In this document: in pieces, positions 17,747-27,300 of the stretch
Position numbering within the stretch: position 1 is the first letter of the stretch
Layout: every line of letters starts with the position of its first letter
Assembly (NCBI GenBank): GCA_965198235.1
Contig: OZ240248.1
Location: 960,001-1,024,000 of the forward strand
DNA length: 64,000 nucleotides
Reading direction: 5' to 3'
Source of the DNA: Candidatus Poribacteria bacterium
GTDB lineage: Bacteria; Poribacteria; WGA-4E; WGA-3G
Position numbers and translations under genes: made by a program
The notes under the pieces: model-generated
Told to the model about the DNA's origin: nothing
Database searches by the model: none
The model's input: the letters and a program-made list of their open reading frames with translations, nothing else

Positions 17747-18784
17747 TCAGGAACATTCCAAAACTTCGCGAAGCTGTGCATCCAAATCTGTGGGAGGGTC
17801 AAAAGGGAGGTCAATCGGCTTGTGAGACATAGCACTCGCATAGATGCCCAAAACCGCATTGAACTGGTGCAAGGCAAGTTTTAGATTTGTTTCGACCGGA
17901 CGGGTATCGTCTTCAATCCAGTCGAACATCGCCTGCGTCAGACGTGCTTGTGCGAGGTCGTTCTTTGTGCGCCAAGAATCGGGGGTTTGCACGCCGTTCT
18001 CAGTTAACCCGGTGGTGATGATTTCCCATCCGCTGAATTCTTCAAAGAGGACGTGCCCGTTCTCGCCATAGGCGGCAACGCGACAGTGCTTGTAGATAGC
18101 ATCGTCGTCCATGACGCGTGGAGAGGTAAAACCGGTGTTCCAGAATCCGTAGACCCCGTTTTCAAACAAGACCTGACACGACGTTGTATCAGGAGCAGGA
18201 TAGCCACTATCAAGCGACTCAGCACCGCTCGCAGTGCCGAAGACCCTGACAATAGGCGAATCGTTGTTTAGGGACATCGCCCAATCAATGATATGCGTGC
18301 CTTGGGCGGTGAGGTTCATACCACACGAAAAATCTAAAAGGCGGATCTTTCCCAATTCACCGCTCTCCACTGCCTGTCGGCAATTGGTGAAGTCGGGATG
18401 CCATCGGTACTGTTTGCCAACTCCGAATTTTGTAGAGGTCTGCGCCTCCAACTCGCATAGAAAACGCCAGTCCTCGACACCGCAGGCAATAGGCTTTTCA
18501 ACGAGGCACGCCGGCACACCCAATTCTGATACCATCGGCATAAGCTCACGCCACTGGTCAGGCATTGCGACGAGGTGAACCAAATCAGGCTGCTCTACGC
18601 GGAGCATCTGTTCAGCATCTGCATAGCCGGTGATACCGAAGGTCTCGGCGAATTTTTCACGTCGGGCGACATCTGAACGGTTTGCGCACGCGACTAACTC
18701 GCCACTCGAAATATGTTGATAGGCATTCGCATGACCATAAGCTCTACCACCGCAGCCAATGATCGCACTCCGATATTTTGACAT
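17747..18784 (-). CDS. Gfo/Idh/MocA family oxidoreductase
   Basis: AIIGCGGRAYGH, LVEKPIA, QGTHIID; start at MSKYR because the track's upstream extension is repeat-derived. Confidence 0.9.
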   Translation of the reverse strand: MSKYRSAIIGCGGRAYGHANAYQHISSGELVACANRSDVARREKFAETFGITGYADAEQMLRVEQPDLVHLVAMPDQWRELMPMVSELGVPACLVEKPIACGVEDWRFLCELEAQTSTKFGVGKQYRWHPDFTNCRQAVESGELGKIRLLDFSCGMNLTAQGTHIIDWAMSLNNDSPIVRVFGTASGAESLDSGYPAPDTTSCQVLFENGVYGFWNTGFTSPRVMDDDAIYKHCRVAAYGENGHVLFEEFSGWEIITTGLTENGVQTPDSWRTKNDLAQARLTQAMFDWIEDDTRPVETNLKLALHQFNAVLGIYASAMSHKPIDLPFDPPTDLDAQLREVLECS

Positions 18785-18875
18785 TTTTTTAATTATTGGC
18801 TCCTGGGCTGCCTTCCAAATGTAAAGCAAAGACAAATTATGCCATTTAAGGCATAATTTCATTTCAGGCAGGTTT
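18785..18875. repeat. Family B repeat with 39-nt nested mini-insert (18818-18856)
   Basis: CTGCCT-TCCA[AATGTAAAGCAAAGACAAATTATGCCATTTAAGGCATAA]TTTCATTTC-AGGCAG. Confidence 0.85.
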
Positions 18876-18924
18876 ATAGTCCTCTTGGACGGATATTCTA
18901 AAGTTGTGCCCTAAAATAGAAAAC

Positions 18925-19036
18925 AGGACTTACGCAGCCTTGAGGCGGGTTCCCTATCTGTATGTGCCGCGTCCACTGATCCCTATGGGTAGGGTGTGGT
19001 TTGAAACCACACCCTACCGGGGAATTGCGTAAGTCC
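18925..19036. mobile_element. MITE-like element with GGACTTACGCA terminal inverted repeats and an internal GTAG palindrome
   Basis: AGGACTTACGCA...TGCGTAAGTCC; internal GGTAGGGTGTGGTTT-G-AAACCACACCCTACC. Confidence 0.7.
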
Positions 19037-19083
19037 GAAAAAGAGAAAATTTCGCTACAGATATCAGAGGCGGTCGGGATTCA

Positions 19084-19140
19084 CCCGAAACCACCGCGAA
19101 ATGTAACGGAGCGGTGCCCAAAGGGGCCCCATAGTTAAAA
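19084..19140 (-). repeat. Family B repeat abutting the LamG gene stop
   Basis: Reverse copy CACCGC-GAAATGTAACGGA-GCGGTG...CATAGTTAAAA. Confidence 0.75.
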
Positions 19141-19980
19141 TTAATGCTCTGATTTTACGCGTGCCCACACCGTTGTCAAACGACCTTCTGGTGACACAGG
19201 CGTAAATCCAAAGAGTTTCCCAAGTCCCTCGCTCATGATGTCATTGACATCGGCTTCACTTAAAGCGGTATTGAAAACAGCAACATCATCCATGAGACCC
19301 CATCCGGGTCGCTGATCCACCATACCACCAATCTGGAGTGACTGTCCCGTCAATCCAAAAACACCACCCGTATTGGATTGTGCATCAACTTTGCCATCTA
19401 TATAGGCTATCATCTTCTTTCCATCATAAGTGAAAGCGATGTGATGCCATTTATCGTCGTTGACGAGCGTTGGACCCGAAACCCATGCCGGTGCGAGTTG
19501 TCCACTGCCGATTTCAACCTTACCGTGACCGCCGCCTCGTCCGGGTCCAAAGATATTCAGCAGACACGTATATTGAAAGTTAATGATGGCATGGTCGTCG
19601 TTACAGCAACCGCCCAAGACGACTTTCTTCTTTTTCTTGAGTTTCACCCACGTCGTCGTGGTATATTTCTCAGCACAACTGTCCAAACTTTTTGAAGTCG
19701 GGACCATAGCGACTTGGAATTCGTCGTCCCCGGAGAGACTCAATGCCCCATCGAATTTTCCATCATCTACCAATTCGGCACCTTTCAGCAATTCAGCATC
19801 ATTGCCGTTTTTGGTAGAATCGGGAGACATATCTTTGTTAGTGACCTCATCAAAGAGCCATACGCCAACGATGCTTTTTGCATCAATTGCCGCATCGCTC
19901 ACAGGTGCAAATATCACTGGGATAGCCATTAAACAAACTATTCCCAGAATAGACAGTTTTCGCAAAACAATTTCCTCCAT
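19141..19980 (-). CDS. Secreted LamG/ConA-like jelly-roll protein with C-terminal PVSPEGRLTTVWARVK tail
   Basis: Signal peptide; VGVWLFDE, GKFDGAL, DDKWHHIAFTYDG, YIDG, GLMDDVAVFNTALS. Confidence 0.9.
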   Translation of the reverse strand: MEEIVLRKLSILGIVCLMAIPVIFAPVSDAAIDAKSIVGVWLFDEVTNKDMSPDSTKNGNDAELLKGAELVDDGKFDGALSLSGDDEFQVAMVPTSKSLDSCAEKYTTTTWVKLKKKKKVVLGGCCNDDHAIINFQYTCLLNIFGPGRGGGHGKVEIGSGQLAPAWVSGPTLVNDDKWHHIAFTYDGKKMIAYIDGKVDAQSNTGGVFGLTGQSLQIGGMVDQRPGWGLMDDVAVFNTALSEADVNDIMSEGLGKLFGFTPVSPEGRLTTVWARVKSEH

Positions 19981-20108
19981 CGTTCAAAATATTCATTATT
20001 TTATCTTAACGGTGCGAAGATGTCAATACAAAAAAGATGTGCAGCTTCACGCTGAATCTGCTAAAATAGACGGAAGAAGTCAACAAACAATTATGGGAGG
20101 AGATACAC

Positions 20109-20873
20109 ATGAAAAGTCTAACAGGTTTGATGCTTTCAGTGAGCATTTTTTGTTATTTCGGTGTTGCTGGCGAACTGAAAGGTGCCACCGCTGAAGCGAT
20201 AGGTGTATGGCTCTTTGATGAAGGCAATGGCAATATTGTCAAAGACGCATCAGGGAACGGACACGACGGCGAGATTATCGGCGAGGTGGCGTGGGTTGAC
20301 GGAAAATTTGAGTCCGCGCTCGAATTTGATGACGGGCATGTCCTTGTGCCACATGAAGATGTTATGAACCTCAGACAGTGGACGATGACAGCATGGATAA
20401 AAGTCCCTAAGATTGTCGAGCCTTACCAAGTGATCGTTGGCAAAGAAACGTGGCCAAACCGAAACTATACGATGTGGATTCGTCCTGGTGTAATGACGTT
20501 TGGGTTTACGCTCCCTGCGGGCGCGCAAGACCTGCAGGTGGGCAGTAAAGTTGTCACTGACAATAAGTGGCATTTCGTCGCAGGTGTATACGACGAAAAG
20601 AATCTCATCCCTTACGTTGATGGCGAACAATTTAATCCACGCGCAGCCGCTGGAAAACCCGCAACGAGTAACGCACCATTGATTATAGGTGCCCAAGGAC
20701 CCGATGGTAAAAACGGACCCTTGAAAGGTATCATTGATGCGGTCGCTGTTTATGACACAGCATTGGATGAAGATGAACTCGCTGAAGTGATGGAGAGTCT
20801 CACGAAACAATTTCAAGCAGTGGAAGTAACGGGAAAATTAACTGTGACGTGGGGACATCTTAAAGAGAGATAG
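20109..20873 (+). CDS. Secreted LamG/ConA-like jelly-roll protein with C-terminal AVEVTGKLTVTWGHLK tail
   Basis: GGAGG SD; IGVWLFDEGNG, DASGNGHDG, GKFESALEFD, WHFVAGVYD, GIIDAVAVYDTAL. Confidence 0.9.
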   Translation: MKSLTGLMLSVSIFCYFGVAGELKGATAEAIGVWLFDEGNGNIVKDASGNGHDGEIIGEVAWVDGKFESALEFDDGHVLVPHEDVMNLRQWTMTAWIKVPKIVEPYQVIVGKETWPNRNYTMWIRPGVMTFGFTLPAGAQDLQVGSKVVTDNKWHFVAGVYDEKNLIPYVDGEQFNPRAAAGKPATSNAPLIIGAQGPDGKNGPLKGIIDAVAVYDTALDEDELAEVMESLTKQFQAVEVTGKLTVTWGHLKER

Positions 20874-20900
20874 CGTTTTTAGTAGTTTTCAGTTAACAGT

Positions 20901-20955
20901 TTTAACCATCAACTCGCCTCCGTTATAAATGTTAAAGCACGAGTTGATGGTTAAA
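20901..20955. repeat. Family D hairpin
   Basis: TTTAACCATCAACTCG-loop-CGAGTTGATGGTTAAA, perfect 16-bp arms. Confidence 0.85.
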
Positions 20956-21084
20956 GTTAAACACATTGAGGCAGGTCTGTTTTCGGTTACCGCCACGCGT
21001 ACATCTCCCGATAACTATTTCCACTAACGACTGAAGAGTTTATACAGCACCTAAGACACTTCTATTAGCAGTGCTAACTGAAAT

Positions 21085-21196
21085 TAACCAGAAACCCTCG
21101 TGAAACGAAATTAGGTTTCCTTAAATGGCATAATTTTGCTTCGCAGTGAGAATGCTTTACATTTGGAACGATGCACGATGGACGATCATTTAAAAA
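21085..21196 (-). repeat. Family B repeat with long nested mini-insert (21111-21163), upstream of the sprA-like gene
   Basis: Reverse complement: TTTTTAAATGAT...CATCGT-TCCA[AATGTAAAGCATTCTCACTGCGAAGCAAAATTATGCCATTTAAGGAAACCTAA]TTTCGTTTC-ACGAGG. Confidence 0.8.
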
Positions 21197-21353
21197 ACTT
21201 ATGTAAACAGAAAAACCGAATTTGTCGTTTGCAATCAAGATTCAATCTTAAATTCCGTATTACTGCAAACAGACAGCTTCCATAAGGCTTTAGCAACGCT
21301 GCGATCTTAGCATCCATGGAAACGCAGTAAATACGAAAAAATCAGGAATATAC

Positions 21354-24300
21354 GTGCAGATACATTTTTTGTCGAAATTTGTAGACCAGTTAACCTTAAT
21401 AAAAAGGCAGAACCTGCTGTTAAAAACTGGGATTATTCTTATCATCGTCCTCTGTTCAACCTCTGAAGTTGTCGTAAGTCGTATTGCTGAAGAAGAGACC
21501 GAACCCAAAAAGCAAACGCCAACAGAACCCGCAACCCCTGACAATCGCTCTACCGTTCCTGATTCTGGCGAGCCCACAACACCACCCAAAAATCAACGTT
21601 ACACCGGCTTTGGATTATCCACCCGCAACCCCTTCGACAACGATAGCAAATCAAAGCACTTCATTTGGCAAGACGAACAGGAACAAATCGAGGTTCCTGA
21701 CCAAGCAGAGGCCGAAGACCTCCTCATACAACCTTACCTGGACAGTCTACGACGCTGGCGGAATCCCCCCTATTTAACCGATCTCAGCAAACTTTATAAT
21801 TGGAAACCGAAGCCGAAGCGCGATGAAAAAGGCATTGCCCTCCCGATGGATTCCAATCTCAGGATAACAGGCTTACAATCTGTAACCGTAGAGGCGAACA
21901 AAACCCACTACTTCGGCGAAGGGGACCTGAATCGATACGGCGGCTATGGTTATGGCGGCGGCTACGGCGGCTACTCATCAGGACTTGACTTGGGACTCAC
22001 CTCGTCTTATGGTTACGAAGACTTCGGCTATAGCAGCAGTGGCTTCGGTGGTGGAGGCTACGGTTCAGGGTATGGGAGCGGCTACAGCAGTTATGGCTCA
22101 GGCTACGGTTCAAGTTATGGTGGTTATAGCGGTGGATATGGTAGTGGTGGTGCACCGCGAGCGACAGGATTTAATTTGCGTCAGATACAGCAATTCGGTC
22201 TTCACGGTCGTGTGGGAAAACGGACGCATATCGCTGTAGATTATAGTGCTGGCGGTAGTGGTTTCGGTAGTGGGGGATATGGCGGGGGATATGGCGGATA
22301 CGGCGGGGGTTACGGAGGTGGATACGGCATCGGCGGCACAAAGGAACAGAAGATTAAAATCTGGTACGAAGGCACACCGGAAAGTATTATAAAAACTATC
22401 TCCTTTGGCGACATCACCCTCAGTTTGCCGAACACCCGTTTTCTGAACATCAACCGGAATCTGTTCGGACTTGAAGGCGTTTTTGAATGGAAAAACACCC
22501 GTCTTACGGCGTTCGGTTCTCGAAGTAAGGGGATACGCGAGGTGCGCACCTTCCGTGGACAGTCGCGGCGCGCTGGCGGCGGCTACGGTTATGGACCGCG
22601 CGGGATTCAGATACCGGATATCAACTACGTTAAAAACCGGTTCTATCACATCCACACAGATGAGGACAGATTCCTGCATGACGCATACCTCCCCATCAAA
22701 TCAGGGAGCGAGCAAATTTTCATCGACGACGGTGTTGTAGGGAACAATCAGGGGGGCAAACGGACGAGTCGAGGCTACTTTAACCCACAATTCTCTGGTC
22801 AGGACTACAATATTGACTACGAAACCGGTGAAATAGAATTCCTATCTCCGATTTCTGCAAACTATACCATCGTTGTTGCGTATGAATACTTAGGAGATGG
22901 CGGTGGCACCGTTGGTAACACTGAAAAGGTCTTTGTTGATGAAAACGACGACGGAAGACTTGACGAAGAAGGTGAGGAAATCGGCTACGTAGTGCTAAAA
23001 GAGAAGGGACTTCGCGGTACAGAGGCAACGCACGTTTATAGTCTCGGCAACCGTAACATCAATCCACGCGATTTCACACTCACACTCCTCCGACAAGGAC
23101 AGAGCGACACCTTTCAGACGAATACCCGCTCCGTCCCGTACATCGAAATCTTTGAGTTGGACCAAAACAGTGACGGTATTGTGGATGCACAGTTTATAGA
23201 CTACGACAGAGGTTTGCTCCGTTTCCCGACAACAAATCCGTTTCAAATCGTAGACCCAAGCCATCCATATTACGCCTATCGCGATTCGCTCAGCAACACC
23301 GATATCTATCTCGAAGGTGTCCGAACAGATGCCCAAATCTACACAATTATTGCGGACTACGCGTATCAATCAGAAACGTACAACGTAGGCTTGTTTGTGA
23401 TCCCAGACAGCGAGACGGTCCGATTGAACGGACAAGTCTTGACTCGCGATACCGACTATATGATGCTTTATGAGGTCGGGACCATCCGATTCTTCAGACA
23501 ACTCGACGAGTTCGATGAGATCGTTGTGGAATTTGAAAAGACCCCTTTTGGCGGTTCATCACAACAAGCTGTAGCCGGCGTCTGGTTAGAGTATACGCAT
23601 AAACCGAAATCCAAGTCTGAGAGAGAACAGAGCCTTGAGGATAGATTCAATCGGTTAGGTGGCATCCAAACGATGGACTCAGATATGCTTGGTGAAGGAA
23701 CGGATGCCTTCGGTCAGGGACTGTCAGGCGGACTTCAACGGAGGAGCAGAGGTTTCGGGGGTAGTTCTCGCCGCGGTAGAGGCGGTTTCGGGGGTGGATT
23801 CGGCGGCAGTAGATTTGGTGGAGGCTATGGCAGCTACAGCAGTTTAGGAGGTCGCTCGCGAAGCTACTCCGGCAGTTATGGCGGCGCGATGAACTATTTC
23901 AACCCCGTTTTTCAAAAAGGATTTTCGCTCTCAACGGGTTATATTCTGAACACCGGACAAAAACCAGCGGAAGTACCAGATGTGAATAGCGTTCCAAACC
24001 GCTTACAAGCGTTCAACATAAACACGAGTTTTGGAAGAGAGTTTAACGTTGCTGGTATTTTAAACCTATTGCCCTTTATTAACATAAGAAATCTCCCGCT
24101 CTCACTTGACTTCAGTGGAGAAGCGGCCTATTCACATAACAACCCAAATAGTATTGGAGTCGCGCTCATTGATAGCATGGAAGGAGCAAAGGAATCAACG
24201 ACCGTGCCGACATTGAAATACAATTGGAAGCCAAGCAGTCTGCCGCACGTATCTGAGAGTGAGCCAACAACTCCTGGAGATGCCGCTTACCGTGTTATAC

Positions 24301-27300
24301 CGACCGACGAGAATAGAGCGATTTTTAACGTTGTGCTAAAAGATAAAAACGAAACGGAAGCAATAGGCAACTACATGCGGAACCGAGACGTGCCAGCCTC
24401 GTCAATTCAACCGCTCTCCCTCTCGACCGAAGAACGCCTCATTATGGAACTCGGCTACAATTTTACAGACGTGGTCGCCGAGTGGGGAGGCCTTTCAAAT
24501 GGCCTCTCCGCATCCGGGGTAGACTATTCGGAACGCAGCTTCGTTGAAATCTGGATGCGCGTCCAAGGCGACGACAATGTGACACTACATCTGAACCTTG
24601 GGGTAGTGAACGAAGATGTAGATGCCGATGAACGATTGGATAGTGAAGATCTTCCAGAAACGCTAACAGATACAAATGGAGACCGGAGCATCGATGCATT
24701 GGATTTAGATCTCGAGAATCTCTCACACATCGATCGCTATCGTGGGAACGGTGCCCTCGATACAGGCGAGGACGTAGGATGGGGGCTCAACGGTCCGCTT
24801 GAAAGAACATCTATCGGCGTAGGCAACCAGATTCTGGACAGCGAAGATCTCAACGGTGACGGTGTACTTGACAGTATAGATGCATATTTTGAGGTTGCAA
24901 TACCACTGAATGAAATTCCGAAAGAATGGGTTAAAAGCAAAAATGCAAACGGTTGGATGTTCCTCAGCATTCCACTCTCTAAATTTACGCCAGCAGGTTC
25001 CCGCCTGCCCAGTCTCGTTTTTGTGCAACACTTCCGATTCTGGCTAAGCAAAAACGGACCCGGCAACGTAGAAGGTTTATTGCAATGGGCGGATATTGAA
25101 ATTGTTGGCAACAAATGGAAACAGGGGATTATAACTCGGTCAAGTTCCCAGCCTACCATCGAATCCATAATTGACAACCCAGCACTCGCCTCCACCGGAG
25201 AAACCTTGTCAACCAGTACAATTGTGGAAGACACATTGGAAAAATTCATCGTCGGCACGAGGGATAACTTCAGTTATGATGCATATCAAAGTGCGTATCT
25301 GGATATTGAAGATAACGAGCTCTTCAAAAAATTACATCCATTCACAGCCACTTCACTCGGTTTTCAAACACAACAGCAACGTGAACAGACACTTAGTCTC
25401 GAATATTACCTCTTTCCCGGCTCCTACGGTGTCACCTCGAAACAATTGAAAGGCTTAACACAAAGTGAAGGGCAAGATTTCAGCAAACACGATACACTCC
25501 GATTTTGGCTCTATGGTGACAAAAGCGATACAACCTTCGTTTTACAACTCGCACCAACTGTCCGAACCGGCTACCGTAGTTCCTTCTATAGTTCAGATCC
25601 GTTTGTCAATCAGACCCAACAGGAACAAAACATCAACGTTTTCGAGAATCTAACAGACTACTATGAATATACAGTCCCAATCGACTTTGAGGGTTGGAAG
25701 TTAATTGAGATTGATTTGCAGGACCTGCGCAGAAATAACTATCCGGATGTGAAAGAAACTGATTCCACGCTTCCTTCAGCCGAATCGGTTGTTGCGGAAA
25801 CGAATGGCGGCGAAGTCGCAATTAACACTACTTCCGAAAGCGCAGACGATGCACCAGATGGACAACCCGACGGTTTCACGATTAGAGGTGGGAATAGCAC
25901 GCGACTTTCTATCAAAAATATCGGCGGCATCCTTCTGGGTATACGTAACGACACTGGACGCGAAATCAGCGGAGAAATCTGGGTAAACGAGATTCACCTC
26001 GGCGATCCGCTTGTACGTGCAGGATGGGCACGCCGTGGAAATATGGCGGTGTCCCTCGGCAGAATCGCTAAATTACGCGGCGGCTACGCAAGCCAAGATA
26101 AAGATTTTGAAAGTGGTGCGGGTGAAGTCGGTAGACAACGGCTCTCCTCACGCGGGTATAGCACGACAAACAACGACTTCAATATCGATGCAGATGTCAC
26201 TCTATTCCCGTGGCTGCCGATCCGGTACGGGGTCCGACACCAAAACACGGAAACCGAGAGCCAGCGCGGAAGTTACAGCAGCTTCCAGAGTGGGAAAAGT
26301 GAAATCCGCACTCGAGATATTTCTGTGCAGTTCACTCAAAACCCGTATCCGAATCTCGGTTTCGCTTACAACTACCAAGATTTTTGGAATGAACGCCAAG
26401 GCACGCAAATTAGCCACCTCTATACGGGTAGCTTTCGGTATGAACTCGGTTCAAAACTCGGGGTCAACGCGCAGTACCGGCACGAAGACATACTCGCCAA
26501 ACCCGAAACCGCAACAGAGACATCTTCGACTTCAACATCCTACTATAGTTACGGCTACGGTAGAAATCGAGACGAAAAAACAGATAGCGGCACCATAACA
26601 TTTAATATCAGCCCGACAAATATCTTCAGTCTGAACCCCAGTTACGATGTCCGTCGGACGCTTGAAAGACGGGAAGAGCAAGACTCCAGATCCCCACTTG
26701 CAGGTAATATAACGACAGAACCGGAAACCCCCGAATCCGAAGAAGAGAAAACAGCCGAAGATGTTAAATGGTCAATTGCTCAGCGAGAACATCGGTTGTC
26801 GCTTACCCCACGCTTAAACCGGGATCTGCTCGGCATGCGCCCCACCGTAACAAGCCGGATGAGTTTTCGTGAGAACTGGTTCCGTGAACAGAAAAACGCT
26901 TCACTCAACGGAAACGTCAGCCTCGGCGTGAACCTCCGCATTCAAAAATGGTTCGGATGGTTCCTCAGAGAGAAAACACCTGAAACCGAAAACGATTCAA
27001 ATGAATCTCAAGATGGAACAGCACCGCCTTCAGAAAGTAGTCCCATAGAATCGTTGAAAGGTGGCGAAGGTACAGAAATAACCGAACAATTGCGGGAAAA
27101 TGGTATTGACGAAACACAAATCCAAGAATTGGAAGAGAATTCTTCGACTTGGATCGAACGCGATAAAGGTGAGTTGCCGTCTGCGGGCACGGAAACCGGA
27201 AATAGCGGAACACAAGAGGGTGCAGTGCCAGAGGTCAAGGACGGTATCCTGCATCGAATTCTGAAAAGTTTCACTGTCAGCACCAACGCAAACTTCACCG

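Noticed and set aside
18785-18862. Track N-terminal extensions of ORFs at 15626, 18862, 41641 and 52677
   Set aside because: The extensions are encoded by repeats or the IS-like element; downstream starts match family N-termini or SD sites.
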